Below, piece after piece: positions 1 to 8,543 of a stretch of 26,960 nucleotides of DNA. Location: positions 1 through 26,960 of the IMG/VR virus record IMGVR_UViG_3300049049_000052; one strand, written 5' to 3'. Position 1 is the first letter of the stretch. Each line of letters begins with the position of its first letter. This DNA comes from a virus. Its lineage: Duplodnaviria; Caudoviricetes. Both the position numbers and the translations under genes were made by a program. The notes under the pieces were generated by a model. It was not told the origin of the DNA and ran no database searches. It worked only from the letters and a program-made list of their open reading frames with translations.

Positions 1-16
1 CCCTGACATTACAGGG
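1..16 (-). terminator. possible hairpin/terminator after the major capsid gene (cut by the window edge)
   Basis: CCCTG-ACATTA-CAGGG inverted repeat 13 nt past the capsid stop; any U-tract would lie outside the window. Confidence 0.35.
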
Positions 17-29
17 AGGTTACAATCTT

Positions 30-1313
30 TTAAGGATTAGCTACATCCAGGGCTGCGATTGCGGTTGCAAAATCTCCCTTTACAATCACCGGAGTATCGT
101 TTGCAGAAGCGAACTGAACCAGTCTGCTTTCTACAAGGATAGTCTTCAGGTTGTTTGTGAAGTCTGAACCGTCAAGGCCGATCTGAATTGCCAGGTCCTC
201 TCTGTACAGTACATTCAGCACCGTCATATCTCCTCCGATAAACTCGCCAGCTGGCACCGCTGTTGTTTTTATGATGGTTAAGCCGTCAATGACAACTGTT
301 TTGTCGGCTTCTACATAATCCTTCCACAGCGGACGGCCCTGTTCGTCCTTTATGGCTTTCATTTTAGCCCATGTGGATGGGTGAATAAACACCGCATTCG
401 CGATTCCATTAGCAACTTCAGCCTGAAGCGCAACAGCAGATAAAACATCGAATTCATTTGGATCCTCAATCAGTGCAGCATTATCACCTGCACTGAATGC
501 AGTAGCTAAAGTTTTAGCGCCATTCAGGTTGTTTCCGGTGTTGTCTCCAACAAGCAGTTGGCTTTCAACCTTCACAGAAAGCCTCTTCATCAAAGAGTTT
601 TTGATGTAAGAGATAAGCTGAGGAAGGTCAGCCATAAGCTCGGTAGAAACTTTACCGAATACTCCAATCTTTTTAACTGCCTGAGTTTTTTCAACCCAGA
701 TAGAAGACAGCTGTATTTTGCCGGCAGCTTCAGCAATGAAGATTGGCGCTCCCTGCTCATCCTGCTCCTCAATCCATAGTGCGCGGGCATTAGTGATTGA
801 TCCAACAGAAACAGCTTGAAGATACTTTTCTTCTCTGCGTCTGATTGGTGAGATAATACCGGTATTCTGAGTCAAAGAAATCTGAGTAGATCCGCTGCCA
901 ATTGTTGTAGCTTCGGTCATATTCACCGCATCTTTTTCAATCGTGATAATGAACGGCTTGTCTTGTTTTCCTTTTAGGATTGCTTCAAACTCTTCTTTCT
1001 TTTCTTCCACTGCTGCGGTAACAGCTGCCTTTAAAGACAATCTCTTGCCTTCGGCATTGTGTGATTTGATCTGAAGCTTCAGTTCTCCGATAGCTTCACC
1101 CTGGGTTTTAAGGATGGCCATAAGCGTATCGCTTGCTTCCTTTGCTGCTGCGGTAGCCAGAGCAGTGACATCCTCTTTGTTTGCTTTATCTTTTAAAGCA
1201 GCGGCTATAGCGGCATCAAGTTTTATTTGAGCCTCTTCCTGGGATTTTTTAATGAGTATTGCAGTCTCTTCGCCAAACTTGGCAACGAGCGCATCAAAGT
1301 CTTCTTTTTTCAT
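30..1313 (-). CDS. major capsid protein, HK97 fold
   Basis: 427 aa with an Ala/Lys/Glu coiled-coil N-terminal scaffold domain. Motifs KKIGVFGKVSTELMAD, QLLVGDNTGNNLNG, HPSTWAKMKAIKDEQGRPL and DFTNNLKTILVESR. Follows the portal and protease genes. Confidence 0.93.
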   Translation of the reverse strand: MKKEDFDALVAKFGEETAILIKKSQEEAQIKLDAAIAAALKDKANKEDVTALATAAAKEASDTLMAILKTQGEAIGELKLQIKSHNAEGKRLSLKAAVTAAVEEKKEEFEAILKGKQDKPFIITIEKDAVNMTEATTIGSGSTQISLTQNTGIISPIRRREEKYLQAVSVGSITNARALWIEEQDEQGAPIFIAEAAGKIQLSSIWVEKTQAVKKIGVFGKVSTELMADLPQLISYIKNSLMKRLSVKVESQLLVGDNTGNNLNGAKTLATAFSAGDNAALIEDPNEFDVLSAVALQAEVANGIANAVFIHPSTWAKMKAIKDEQGRPLWKDYVEADKTVVIDGLTIIKTTAVPAGEFIGGDMTVLNVLYREDLAIQIGLDGSDFTNNLKTILVESRLVQFASANDTPVIVKGDFATAIAALDVANP

Positions 1314-1379
1314 GATAATAATAGTTTGAGTTAATACTTGTTTTCACATTCATTTTATGCGATGACTTATCGCCTGCAT

Positions 1380-1399
1380 GAGTGGAAGTATCCGGCTCA
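1380..1399 (-). repeat. 20-bp motif TGAGCCGGATACTTCCACTC, copy upstream of the capsid gene
   Basis: exact match to 3744-3763; folds as a stem / internal loop / stem. Confidence 0.85.
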
Positions 1400-1409
1400 A
1401 ATATTATTT

Positions 1410-1426
1410 AGTGCCTTTCGGCGGCT
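1410..1426 (-). promoter_or_regulatory. variant of the same structured motif (AG-CC-GCC-GAAA-GGC-A-CT)
   Basis: same AG-CC-stem-loop-stem-A-CT layout as the 20-bp repeat, with compensatory changes in the inner stem. Confidence 0.55.
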
Positions 1427-2253
1427 TATAATGCAATCTTAATCTTTGCGTTCTTTATCATTTCTGACACACTAACGCTGTTCTCTTCTTTAGTCTCCTC
1501 GCTCTTCTCTTCGTTGTCAATACATGGAGTAAGCTCATTCGCTCCCCACAATACAGCGGAAACTTCAAGCAACTTAATTTCATAGATCACCCAGAAATAT
1601 CCGCGGCTGTTTGCCACGTCCTTATTTATAACCTGCATGTAATACTTATTCCAGATCTCAAACTCTGCTGGGAAATTAGGATCGTTCACGGCAACATCCA
1701 TCTTGACATATTGAAGCCCTATAGAGTGTTGATTGATTTGCTTATTGGAATACAGGTTAAAACATTTTTTATCCAGCTCTTTATCTACCAGTGATTCCAT
1801 TACCAGGCATTGAGTAGAGCCACTGAAACCAGACAAGCCTAATTCCTCAAGGGAGTAATCCTTTGAATATAATTTATTGATACTGCCTATTACACCATCT
1901 AAATTCTGAAGGTGGTTTTTTAAATGCCTAATCCTTCCTTTACCCTGTGGCCCGGATTCCTTAATGGTTTTTTTCCAGCAGTCAGGTAAAAGCAAATCCA
2001 TTTGGCAGTCAATATAATTTGCAGCATTGGCAATGGCTGTAATTTCAATCTCTCCTGTGTTGCCTTCTTCCGCTACCAATTCGCCAGCTGCCTTTGTGAC
2101 GGCAACTTTAGACTTTTTAGTTATTGAGTATGGGAAATCCGAAGGCTCAGACTTAGTTGGGAACGCGCATTTCTGTTCTATTAATGCCGATTTGTTCGCT
2201 TTGATGAAAGCAAACAAATCTTTTCCGGTTAGGCCTTCAGGTATTTTTATCAT
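1426..2253 (-). CDS. HK97-family prohead protease
   Basis: HLKNH, QHSIG and LLEVSAVLWGANELTP motifs; lies between portal and capsid. Confidence 0.88.
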   Translation of the reverse strand: MIKIPEGLTGKDLFAFIKANKSALIEQKCAFPTKSEPSDFPYSITKKSKVAVTKAAGELVAEEGNTGEIEITAIANAANYIDCQMDLLLPDCWKKTIKESGPQGKGRIRHLKNHLQNLDGVIGSINKLYSKDYSLEELGLSGFSGSTQCLVMESLVDKELDKKCFNLYSNKQINQHSIGLQYVKMDVAVNDPNFPAEFEIWNKYYMQVINKDVANSRGYFWVIYEIKLLEVSAVLWGANELTPCIDNEEKSEETKEENSVSVSEMIKNAKIKIAL

Positions 2254-2384
2254 TTCTTAACTATTTTATTGCCTTCAACAATTTTTTTCCTGGCATCCTT
2301 AGACTTATTCAGGCTCTTCAGATCAACCTTATGCTTACACTCAGATTTGCAATCTTTATGATTACATTTTTTTTCTGCTGTCAT
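2250..2384 (-). CDS. small basic Cys/His-containing protein, 44 aa (not in the ORF track)
   Basis: MTAEKKCNHKDCKSECKHKVDLKSLNKSKDARKKIVEGNKIVKK; its TGA overlaps the protease ATG (ATGA coupling). Confidence 0.55.
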   Translation of the reverse strand: MTAEKKCNHKDCKSECKHKVDLKSLNKSKDARKKIVEGNKIVKK

Positions 2385-2450
2385 ATTGTCTACTTTTCCT
2401 ATAGATTTAATATACAATACTAAAATAAAGTTCTTTTATTCGCAAATATT

Positions 2451-3725
2451 TTATGTTTTTTCTGGCTCTGGATCAGGCTGGGTTTCAGGAACCATAATGA
2501 ATTGTGCCGCCTCCTGTGGATCAAATTCCCATTCGCTTACTAGAATCTTTATTGCAATTTCTACGGAGATGTTACTGGTTTTCACCTGAGCATTTAACCC
2601 AACGATAGCCTCAGTGATAGTTTTGGCCTTTTCTGCCCGGGTATTCTGTGCCTCTTGTAAACAGTCGATATTAGAAAGATCCAGGTAGATATCATATCCA
2701 AGATCTGCTTTTAATTCTTTGTTCTCAGTGATGAGCTTTGTGAATGGGATTACACAATCATTATAAAGTGCCTTGTTTGCCTCTTGAACGTTGGCGTACT
2801 TCTTATTATCAGGGTCATTAAATAAGCTTGAGTCAATCTGCAGAGCATTACAGATATCACGGACCTTTATCTTGTAACCATCCCATAAAGCCAGTTCCTT
2901 TGTAGTCCGGCCAATATTTTGCACTCTTAATCTGGCGGTGGAGGTTGCTACCCCGCCACTTTTACGCGCCCCCCTTAATCTTCTGTTCAGGGATTTATCC
3001 ATTCCATCCTGTTCGTCTTCGGTAATTGGAACATCCGAATCATTGGTGATAAGAACATCAACACCTTTGTTTTTCAACGTTGAAGTGTCAGCCGTATACA
3101 TTTCTTTAAGTGACTCTATAGGCATGAGCGCCGCCTGTAAAGGAGACAAGCCCATTCTGGTATTCCTTCGAGCAACATCAAATATCTTAATGAAGATCAT
3201 GCTGCTATTGTCAAGCATCACCCAGGATCCATCATCTTTCCAAAGTCTATATTTGAATTGCCCGTTCCCTTGCGGAAGTTCCTCCACATCAAGTGTATTA
3301 AGTACGGTGCGCTCATGGGGGAATCCAACGATTTCTTTTTTGTAAATTATAGCTGTGCCCGTAAGCAGGATCATCTGTAGGGCAAAATTGGTATCAAGGT
3401 CGTAGGTTTTAGATTTGTATGGCTTGCCGCCCCAGTAAGGAATAAAATTGATATTTCTTTGTGCGAGTATTATCTTGATGATCATCCCGAATACTGCAGG
3501 ATTATTGGAGTATCCTACTTCGACCAGGTTTCTTAGTGATCTACGGCCAAAGCTGTGTGAGCCAGACAAGAGACTATACATAAGGTTGTCTCCCGAGGCG
3601 TTTACATAGGTTTGTTCGCCATCGTACAAAACATCTGAATCATTGTTGCCCAATAGAAAAGATTTCACTACAGGGAACAGGCCGGGCCACTTTTTTTTAG
3701 GGGTTTCAGAGCGTTGTTTATCCAT
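2451..3725 (-). CDS. phage portal protein
   Basis: GLSPLQAA, ICNALQIDSSLFND-x-KYANVQEANKALY and CVIP motifs typical of HK97-like portals; directly follows TerL. Confidence 0.9.
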   Translation of the reverse strand: MDKQRSETPKKKWPGLFPVVKSFLLGNNDSDVLYDGEQTYVNASGDNLMYSLLSGSHSFGRRSLRNLVEVGYSNNPAVFGMIIKIILAQRNINFIPYWGGKPYKSKTYDLDTNFALQMILLTGTAIIYKKEIVGFPHERTVLNTLDVEELPQGNGQFKYRLWKDDGSWVMLDNSSMIFIKIFDVARRNTRMGLSPLQAALMPIESLKEMYTADTSTLKNKGVDVLITNDSDVPITEDEQDGMDKSLNRRLRGARKSGGVATSTARLRVQNIGRTTKELALWDGYKIKVRDICNALQIDSSLFNDPDNKKYANVQEANKALYNDCVIPFTKLITENKELKADLGYDIYLDLSNIDCLQEAQNTRAEKAKTITEAIVGLNAQVKTSNISVEIAIKILVSEWEFDPQEAAQFIMVPETQPDPEPEKT

Positions 3726-3743
3726 TTGCTATTGATTAATAGC

Positions 3744-3763
3744 GAGTGGAAGTATCCGGCTCA
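3744..3763 (-). repeat. 20-bp motif TGAGCCGGATACTTCCACTC, copy upstream of the portal gene
   Basis: exact match to 1380-1399; ends 18 nt before the portal ATG. Confidence 0.85.
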
Positions 3764-3824
3764 CAGGTATGTAATCGTAAATATAGAAATTAATTTTATA
3801 TTGTCCACTACCAATAATACGAAA

Positions 3825-5273
3825 CTAAACCTTCTGCCCCAATGTAAAATAAGAGCGCAACATAAACATGTCCATTAGGTCCGGCGATTGACTGCCGAGC
3901 ATAGTTTTCATCTCATCTTTACTAATTAAATGAATTTTTGAATCAGTGGTCATAGTTGCTTTCTTAATAGCTTTCCTCTCATACATAAATCGCTGCCTAA
4001 CTGTCATTTTATTATCATACATAGTATTTGCAACCTTATCTGAAATAGAATATTTTCCCGAGTTCACATCAACCCCGCTAATACTGTAACATTGAGTTTT
4101 AAGATTCACATAATTGTCTCGGCCAATACACTTGCTATTATTGACAAAAGGCAAACCTGCTGGGATGAATCCACCCAGAAAGGCACCTACTCCATCATTA
4201 TCAAAAGTTATTCGGTTATTCGGCACAGCATACTTATTTGCGAATTCCTTAATACCATCAAGCACCTGTTTACCGTTAGACTTAGCCATTATTAATATAT
4301 CGATCAGTTCAAAGCCATCCCATACACCTACAACAAACTTATCTGATCCGTTCATGGCAATGTCAGCTGTAATGTATTTCGTGCCTGTAGTGCTTGATTT
4401 CAGGCTCCCAAACATGGCGCTGAAACACACGGCATCGTACACATCGTTTTCGCTTTTGATATACTTCCAATTGCCATCTAAAAGCCTGAGCTTTGTTTCT
4501 TCGTCCTGTGAAACAAGATTCGAGACATACCCAGGATCTTTCTGCATCAATTTCTTATTATCATATACACTTCCATTAATGAACGTAAATGACTTTACAA
4601 AATCCTCAGCTTTTTGATTTTTGTTAACCAGGCCCTCAAGGAAGAACCATGATTTTTCTATCACCTCTTGCTTTGAATCTCCCCATATATAATCGGAACC
4701 TTTTTTAATAAAATATCTGACTATTCCAATCCTCTCGGGAATCGGGAAACCTGTTATCTGATCAATGTACCACTGTACTATTGTGGCAACCCAAGAATCA
4801 GGATCCGGATTACACGTGGCCCTTACATACGGCTTAACCCCACAAATAGACCTGTTACGAGACAATAGATAAAAAAATTGACCTTCACTGAAGTGTGTTA
4901 ATTCATCAAATCCAATGAAAGGTATTTGGGATCCCTGCCAGTTTAGTTTATCCTTTTCGTATTCCAGATGTGAGAATTTTATTTTATTCCCAAAATTAAA
5001 CTTCCATTCTAAACTTGATTCCTTCGGCTCTGCATTGACATGCGGATAAAGCTGAAGAGAAGTATCCCATAGCCCCCCTTCATTCCTTATCTGTGGTGTA
5101 GTGCGCCTGAAAATCACCCCTCCAAATCCTTTTACCTTAGTGATGTGCCTGAGTGGCTCTATCAGTAAAGCAAAGGTTTTACCTACACCCGCACCAGAAC
5201 CACCTATTACTATGTCCGCGGGAGAGCTTAGAAACTTCTCCTGAAATCCTTCCTGCGGCTTTATAATGTTCAT
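3825..5273 (-). CDS. terL: terminase large subunit
   Basis: Walker A GSGAGVGKT, Walker B FIGFDELTHF, ATCNP coupling motif, and nuclease acidic motifs TADIA, DNDGVG and SPDLMD. Confidence 0.95.
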   Translation of the reverse strand: MNIIKPQEGFQEKFLSSPADIVIGGSGAGVGKTFALLIEPLRHITKVKGFGGVIFRRTTPQIRNEGGLWDTSLQLYPHVNAEPKESSLEWKFNFGNKIKFSHLEYEKDKLNWQGSQIPFIGFDELTHFSEGQFFYLLSRNRSICGVKPYVRATCNPDPDSWVATIVQWYIDQITGFPIPERIGIVRYFIKKGSDYIWGDSKQEVIEKSWFFLEGLVNKNQKAEDFVKSFTFINGSVYDNKKLMQKDPGYVSNLVSQDEETKLRLLDGNWKYIKSENDVYDAVCFSAMFGSLKSSTTGTKYITADIAMNGSDKFVVGVWDGFELIDILIMAKSNGKQVLDGIKEFANKYAVPNNRITFDNDGVGAFLGGFIPAGLPFVNNSKCIGRDNYVNLKTQCYSISGVDVNSGKYSISDKVANTMYDNKMTVRQRFMYERKAIKKATMTTDSKIHLISKDEMKTMLGSQSPDLMDMFMLRSYFTLGQKV

Positions 5274-5779
5274 TCTCGTTTATTGTCTGGTAAATGGAAG
5301 ATTGTAACCGCTTCAATCTTTTCACCGTCTGAGGTAAGGTCAACGTCCTGTTTATCCCTCCATTTATCCTTCTGCCTGTTCTTAAGCCAATTCAAAGCTG
5401 CTCCGGCATCAGGCGGCAATTCTTTTGTGACAATCTTTTTTTTATATATCTCTAATTTAATATCTCCCTCTTCTTCTAAGCCATCCAGTTTTTCACCCAG
5501 CTTCTCATATGTTACCTCATCATATTGATAGCCTACAGCTCTTTTATGAAAGGATTTCGCTACTTCTGCATCGGCCATTACCTTTCCTTTCTTGACTGAA
5601 TCGGAAAACTTTGAATGAACCTTTTTCCATTCATATATTGTATCTTCGTTAACCTCAAAGAAATCAGCGAGTTCCTTGTCTGTTGCCCCTAATAGACAGA
5701 GCTTATACGCCTGGTCATTATATTCTTCTTTGTACTTTGTTGGCCGGCCCTCTTCTTTTGGTATTTTTTCCTTTCCCAT
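5270..5779 (-). CDS. terS: terminase small subunit
   Basis: GRPTKY...LCLLGATDKELADFFEV HTH and PDAGAALNWLKNRQ..KWRDKQ; 4-nt overlap with terL. Confidence 0.88.
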   Translation of the reverse strand: MGKEKIPKEEGRPTKYKEEYNDQAYKLCLLGATDKELADFFEVNEDTIYEWKKVHSKFSDSVKKGKVMADAEVAKSFHKRAVGYQYDEVTYEKLGEKLDGLEEEGDIKLEIYKKKIVTKELPPDAGAALNWLKNRQKDKWRDKQDVDLTSDGEKIEAVTIFHLPDNKRE

Positions 5780-5780
5780 T

Positions 5781-6086
5781 TTAATTTCCCCCTTTCAACT
5801 TTTTAATACGTTCTCGCTCTGCCATTGCTTCCTCCACTCTCTGCATCCATCTGCTTTTTGGTGGATGAATAGCCTGTACTTCCTGTGATTTATTGGCTTT
5901 CCTGGATAAAGCTAAAATACCCAAAACAGAAAGCCCTATGACTCCAATTGCTATAGGAATCCATATCGGGCTCAATACCCACCACCACGACCAGTTAATT
6001 ACATTGCACAACTTTAATACGATAAATGCTATCGCAAGCAATCCCCCAAATCCAATACCTCCTGCTGATGTTGATCTTCCTGACAT
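5781..6086 (-). CDS. small membrane protein with two TM segments (WSWWWVLSPIW type)
   Basis: hydrophobic segments flanking LKLCNVINWSWWWVLSPIWIP, a motif common in phage membrane proteins. Confidence 0.75.
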   Translation of the reverse strand: MSGRSTSAGGIGFGGLLAIAFIVLKLCNVINWSWWWVLSPIWIPIAIGVIGLSVLGILALSRKANKSQEVQAIHPPKSRWMQRVEEAMAERERIKKLKGGN

Positions 6087-6090
6087 AATT

Positions 6091-6576
6091 TTATGCTGTT
6101 ATTTTATTTTTCTGAATATCCTTTATCATTAATAGTGCACAGGCCTCAGCGTCACTCACGGCCTCATGCTTTTTAGCCATCACTATACCATTCCTTTCAC
6201 ATGCAACCGCGAGCTTAGCATCATAAATCCTGTAGGTGCAAAACGCGCTGAATGTTGGATAAGGAATTTTATATAGAATCAATGCCGACTTTAGACAAGT
6301 GATATCAAAGATTGCATTGTGGGCCACTACTTTTTTACCTTCAATGTATCCCTGGATCTTGGGATAAATTTTATCAAAGGTTTCAGCGTTTTCCGTTTTA
6401 TCCGGTGTTATTCCATGGATTTCAATGTTTCTCTGAGAGTATTCGTTATCCGGCGGCTTTACTAAATATGATATCCGCTCAACAATTTTGCAGTCTTCAA
6501 CAATCACAATCCCTACCTGGCATATGCTGGAATGCTTCTGTGTGGCGGTTTCAAAATCTATGGCCGTGAAATTCAT
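6091..6576 (-). CDS. DEDDh 3'-5' exonuclease (DnaQ/epsilon-like)
   Basis: ExoI AIDFET, ExoII VAHNAIFD, ExoIII HEAVSDAEAC. Confidence 0.92.
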   Translation of the reverse strand: MNFTAIDFETATQKHSSICQVGIVIVEDCKIVERISYLVKPPDNEYSQRNIEIHGITPDKTENAETFDKIYPKIQGYIEGKKVVAHNAIFDITCLKSALILYKIPYPTFSAFCTYRIYDAKLAVACERNGIVMAKKHEAVSDAEACALLMIKDIQKNKITA

Positions 6577-6782
6577 ATACAGTCATCCATTAATTTTTCA
6601 CAGGTCTGCCGATCCAAATTATCGGGCGCAGTAAGGTATATTCTCTTTCCTTCTTTGGGCTGCATATTTGTTAAATGGCTGGCTACGGATTTTCTTTGAT
6701 TGTCGTTATCAAATATTATTATGATTGGCTCAATCTCTGAGTCATGAATTACATCCCCTATTTTTACTTTCATATTTGCCAA
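6573..6782 (-). CDS. hypothetical protein
   Basis: short ORF overlapping its neighbours in the minus-strand operon. Confidence 0.6.
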   Translation of the reverse strand: MANMKVKIGDVIHDSEIEPIIIIFDNDNQRKSVASHLTNMQPKEGKRIYLTAPDNLDRQTCEKLMDDCI

Positions 6783-6985
6783 GCTTTTAGTTTTGCCTGC
6801 ATAGCAAGCATATCAATCGTATCGCCGGAATTAATACAGGTCTTCGCATCATTGATATCCTGCTCCATTAACTCACTTCTTATATCGCTATTTTCACATA
6901 GATCAGGATGATCCTTGTATTTTAGTCTTATCTCATTCACTCTGGTTATTTCGTCCAGAAGCGATTCCTTTAAATTCTTACTCAT
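6770..6985 (-). CDS. hypothetical protein (probable start MSKNLK)
   Basis: ORF track gives 6770-7036; the internal ATG at 6985 avoids overlap with the upstream gene. Confidence 0.6.
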   Translation of the reverse strand: MSKNLKESLLDEITRVNEIRLKYKDHPDLCENSDIRSELMEQDINDAKTCINSGDTIDMLAMQAKLKAWQI

Positions 6986-6998
6986 ATATTTTTCTGCC

Positions 6999-7328
6999 CT
7001 ATATTGAATCGAACAGGGATTTCTGATAAGTGTCAATTAAAAACCAGTTTCCCATTTTGAATTGATAGTTGGACTTAAATCTTTCCCAATAAACCTTTGC
7101 ATTTTTTGCTGTCTTGAATTCTGACTTATGTATATTCTTGAATACAGTTCTCAGGCTCTTATCCATGTTTTCTTTATCCAACGGCAAAAGATCCCATCTA
7201 GGATCAGCAACCCCTTGAATAAGCATACACTCTTTCCCTTGATAAAACACGATATCTCCTATGTGTAATCTATTTATACTTTTCAGGGCATAAATAACAT
7301 ACGCGATTTTTACGATTAGTTTTCTCAT
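6999..7328 (-). CDS. hypothetical protein
   Basis: 109-aa ORF in the operon. Confidence 0.65.
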   Translation of the reverse strand: MRKLIVKIAYVIYALKSINRLHIGDIVFYQGKECMLIQGVADPRWDLLPLDKENMDKSLRTVFKNIHKSEFKTAKNAKVYWERFKSNYQFKMGNWFLIDTYQKSLFDSI

Positions 7329-7333
7329 AATTT

Positions 7334-8242
7334 TTATTCTCTCTTATGCGTTAAATTTTCAAAGTATGGCTTAAAGGTCACTGTCACATTTGCGTTGACC
7401 GTTCCGACTACCCACTCAGGCTTATATCCGGCTGTTGGCACTACCCACCTGTTTACCGTTGGAGTAGGGGATAGCTTATTGTAATCGGTGAATTTCATTT
7501 TTCCGGACTGGATAAGGTCCACCTGCAGGAATCTGTGTATCTGCTGCGGCAACTGGTAAATATTCCATGTAAGCTCCTCAACCTGGCTGTCACCGATCCA
7601 AACATTTTCCCCGTTGGGGTATTTCACGAACTCCTCTGTAAGCTCTGAGGTATCAAAGCCGAACATTGAATTCGGGATCCTGATCTGATTAAACCAGTTT
7701 AAAATGCCGTAGTCTTCCACTTTCTCATCATTGCTTCTGCTTCCCAGGACTCCGGATCTGTTCCATTCTACACGCACGGTGCGGTCAGCACGGTCAGCGG
7801 TATATACCTGAAGATTGAATTCAAATGAATATTGATCTGCAAATGTGCCGATGGAACGTGTAGCGGAATTTCTTACCCTGTAAATCCCGGGACCGTGTTC
7901 ATCTAAAACAGCTGCCCAGTCAATCTGATAGCCGATTGCCTGCTCACCAAATTTGTTTGTGAAGAATCCATACTCATAAAAAGTCCCATAAGTATCATCG
8001 GTAAGTTCTCCCAAATCTTCCCTGTCCTTCTGAAGCCAGATTTTTACATCTGAAAAAAGATCATCAAAGAACCATATCACTGAATGCTTGTCATTAAATA
8101 AATCATTGGTTGGCGAAAGCTCAGCCAGAGCCGGAAGGTAAAAGCTGCAGCCGCTCGGATTAGGTCTGTCCTGAAGCGCGGATACAACGTCAGCGGTTGG
8201 CCGCAAGATATATATGGTTTCTTTTATTGCCTGTCCGTTCAT
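7334..8242 (-). CDS. hypothetical protein, possibly virion-associated (probable start MNGQ)
   Basis: about 300 aa, rich in aromatic and acidic residues. ATG at 8242 is preferred because the longer ORF start runs through the palindrome. The structural role is a guess. Confidence 0.6.
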   Translation of the reverse strand: MNGQAIKETIYILRPTADVVSALQDRPNPSGCSFYLPALAELSPTNDLFNDKHSVIWFFDDLFSDVKIWLQKDREDLGELTDDTYGTFYEYGFFTNKFGEQAIGYQIDWAAVLDEHGPGIYRVRNSATRSIGTFADQYSFEFNLQVYTADRADRTVRVEWNRSGVLGSRSNDEKVEDYGILNWFNQIRIPNSMFGFDTSELTEEFVKYPNGENVWIGDSQVEELTWNIYQLPQQIHRFLQVDLIQSGKMKFTDYNKLSPTPTVNRWVVPTAGYKPEWVVGTVNANVTVTFKPYFENLTHKRE

Positions 8243-8260
8243 ATTATAACACACTGATTT

Positions 8261-8297
8261 AGAACTACTTATGTTCCACGTGGAACACAATAGTTCT
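8261..8297. promoter_or_regulatory. parS-like perfect palindrome TGTTCCACGTGGAACA (8272-8287) within a 37-bp imperfect inverted repeat
   Basis: 16-bp perfect palindrome close to the bacterial parS consensus TGTTNCACGTGAAACA, flanked by AGAACTA/TAGTTCT arms, in intergenic DNA. Confidence 0.7.
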
Positions 8298-8403
8298 GAG
8301 TTCGAAAAAAATATGAGGATTAAATTGAGGAAGATTAAAAACAGCAGTAGTCCTGCCTATTGTAAAGTTAATTTATTACGGATTACCTTGTTAGAAAGTT
8401 TGG

Positions 8404-8532
8404 TTATTTTTTATCCAGCTTTCTTTGCTTCTGAATTTCCCGTTTTGCTTCAGATTCATACTTTTTGCGCTTTTGGGTTCCCTTCTTACCGAAGTATTTA
8501 TCCTCCAACTTTTCAAATTTTATTGTTTTCAT
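8404..8532 (-). CDS. 42-aa basic microprotein (not in the ORF track)
   Basis: MKTIKFEKLEDKYFGKKGTQKRKKYESEAKREIQKQRKLDKK; starts 11 nt after the upstream stop. Confidence 0.55.
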   Translation of the reverse strand: MKTIKFEKLEDKYFGKKGTQKRKKYESEAKREIQKQRKLDKK

Positions 8533-8543
8533 CCTTTTATGAC

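Noticed and set aside
5292-5303. Partial third copy (AAATGGAAGATT) of the 17-nt leader near the terL start
   Set aside because: Only 12 bp, inside the terS coding sequence and at different spacing from the ATG; may be chance
8261-8297. Palindrome as a protelomerase tel site or intrinsic terminator
   Set aside because: No protelomerase gene in the window, the arms are imperfect, and no U-tract follows on either strand
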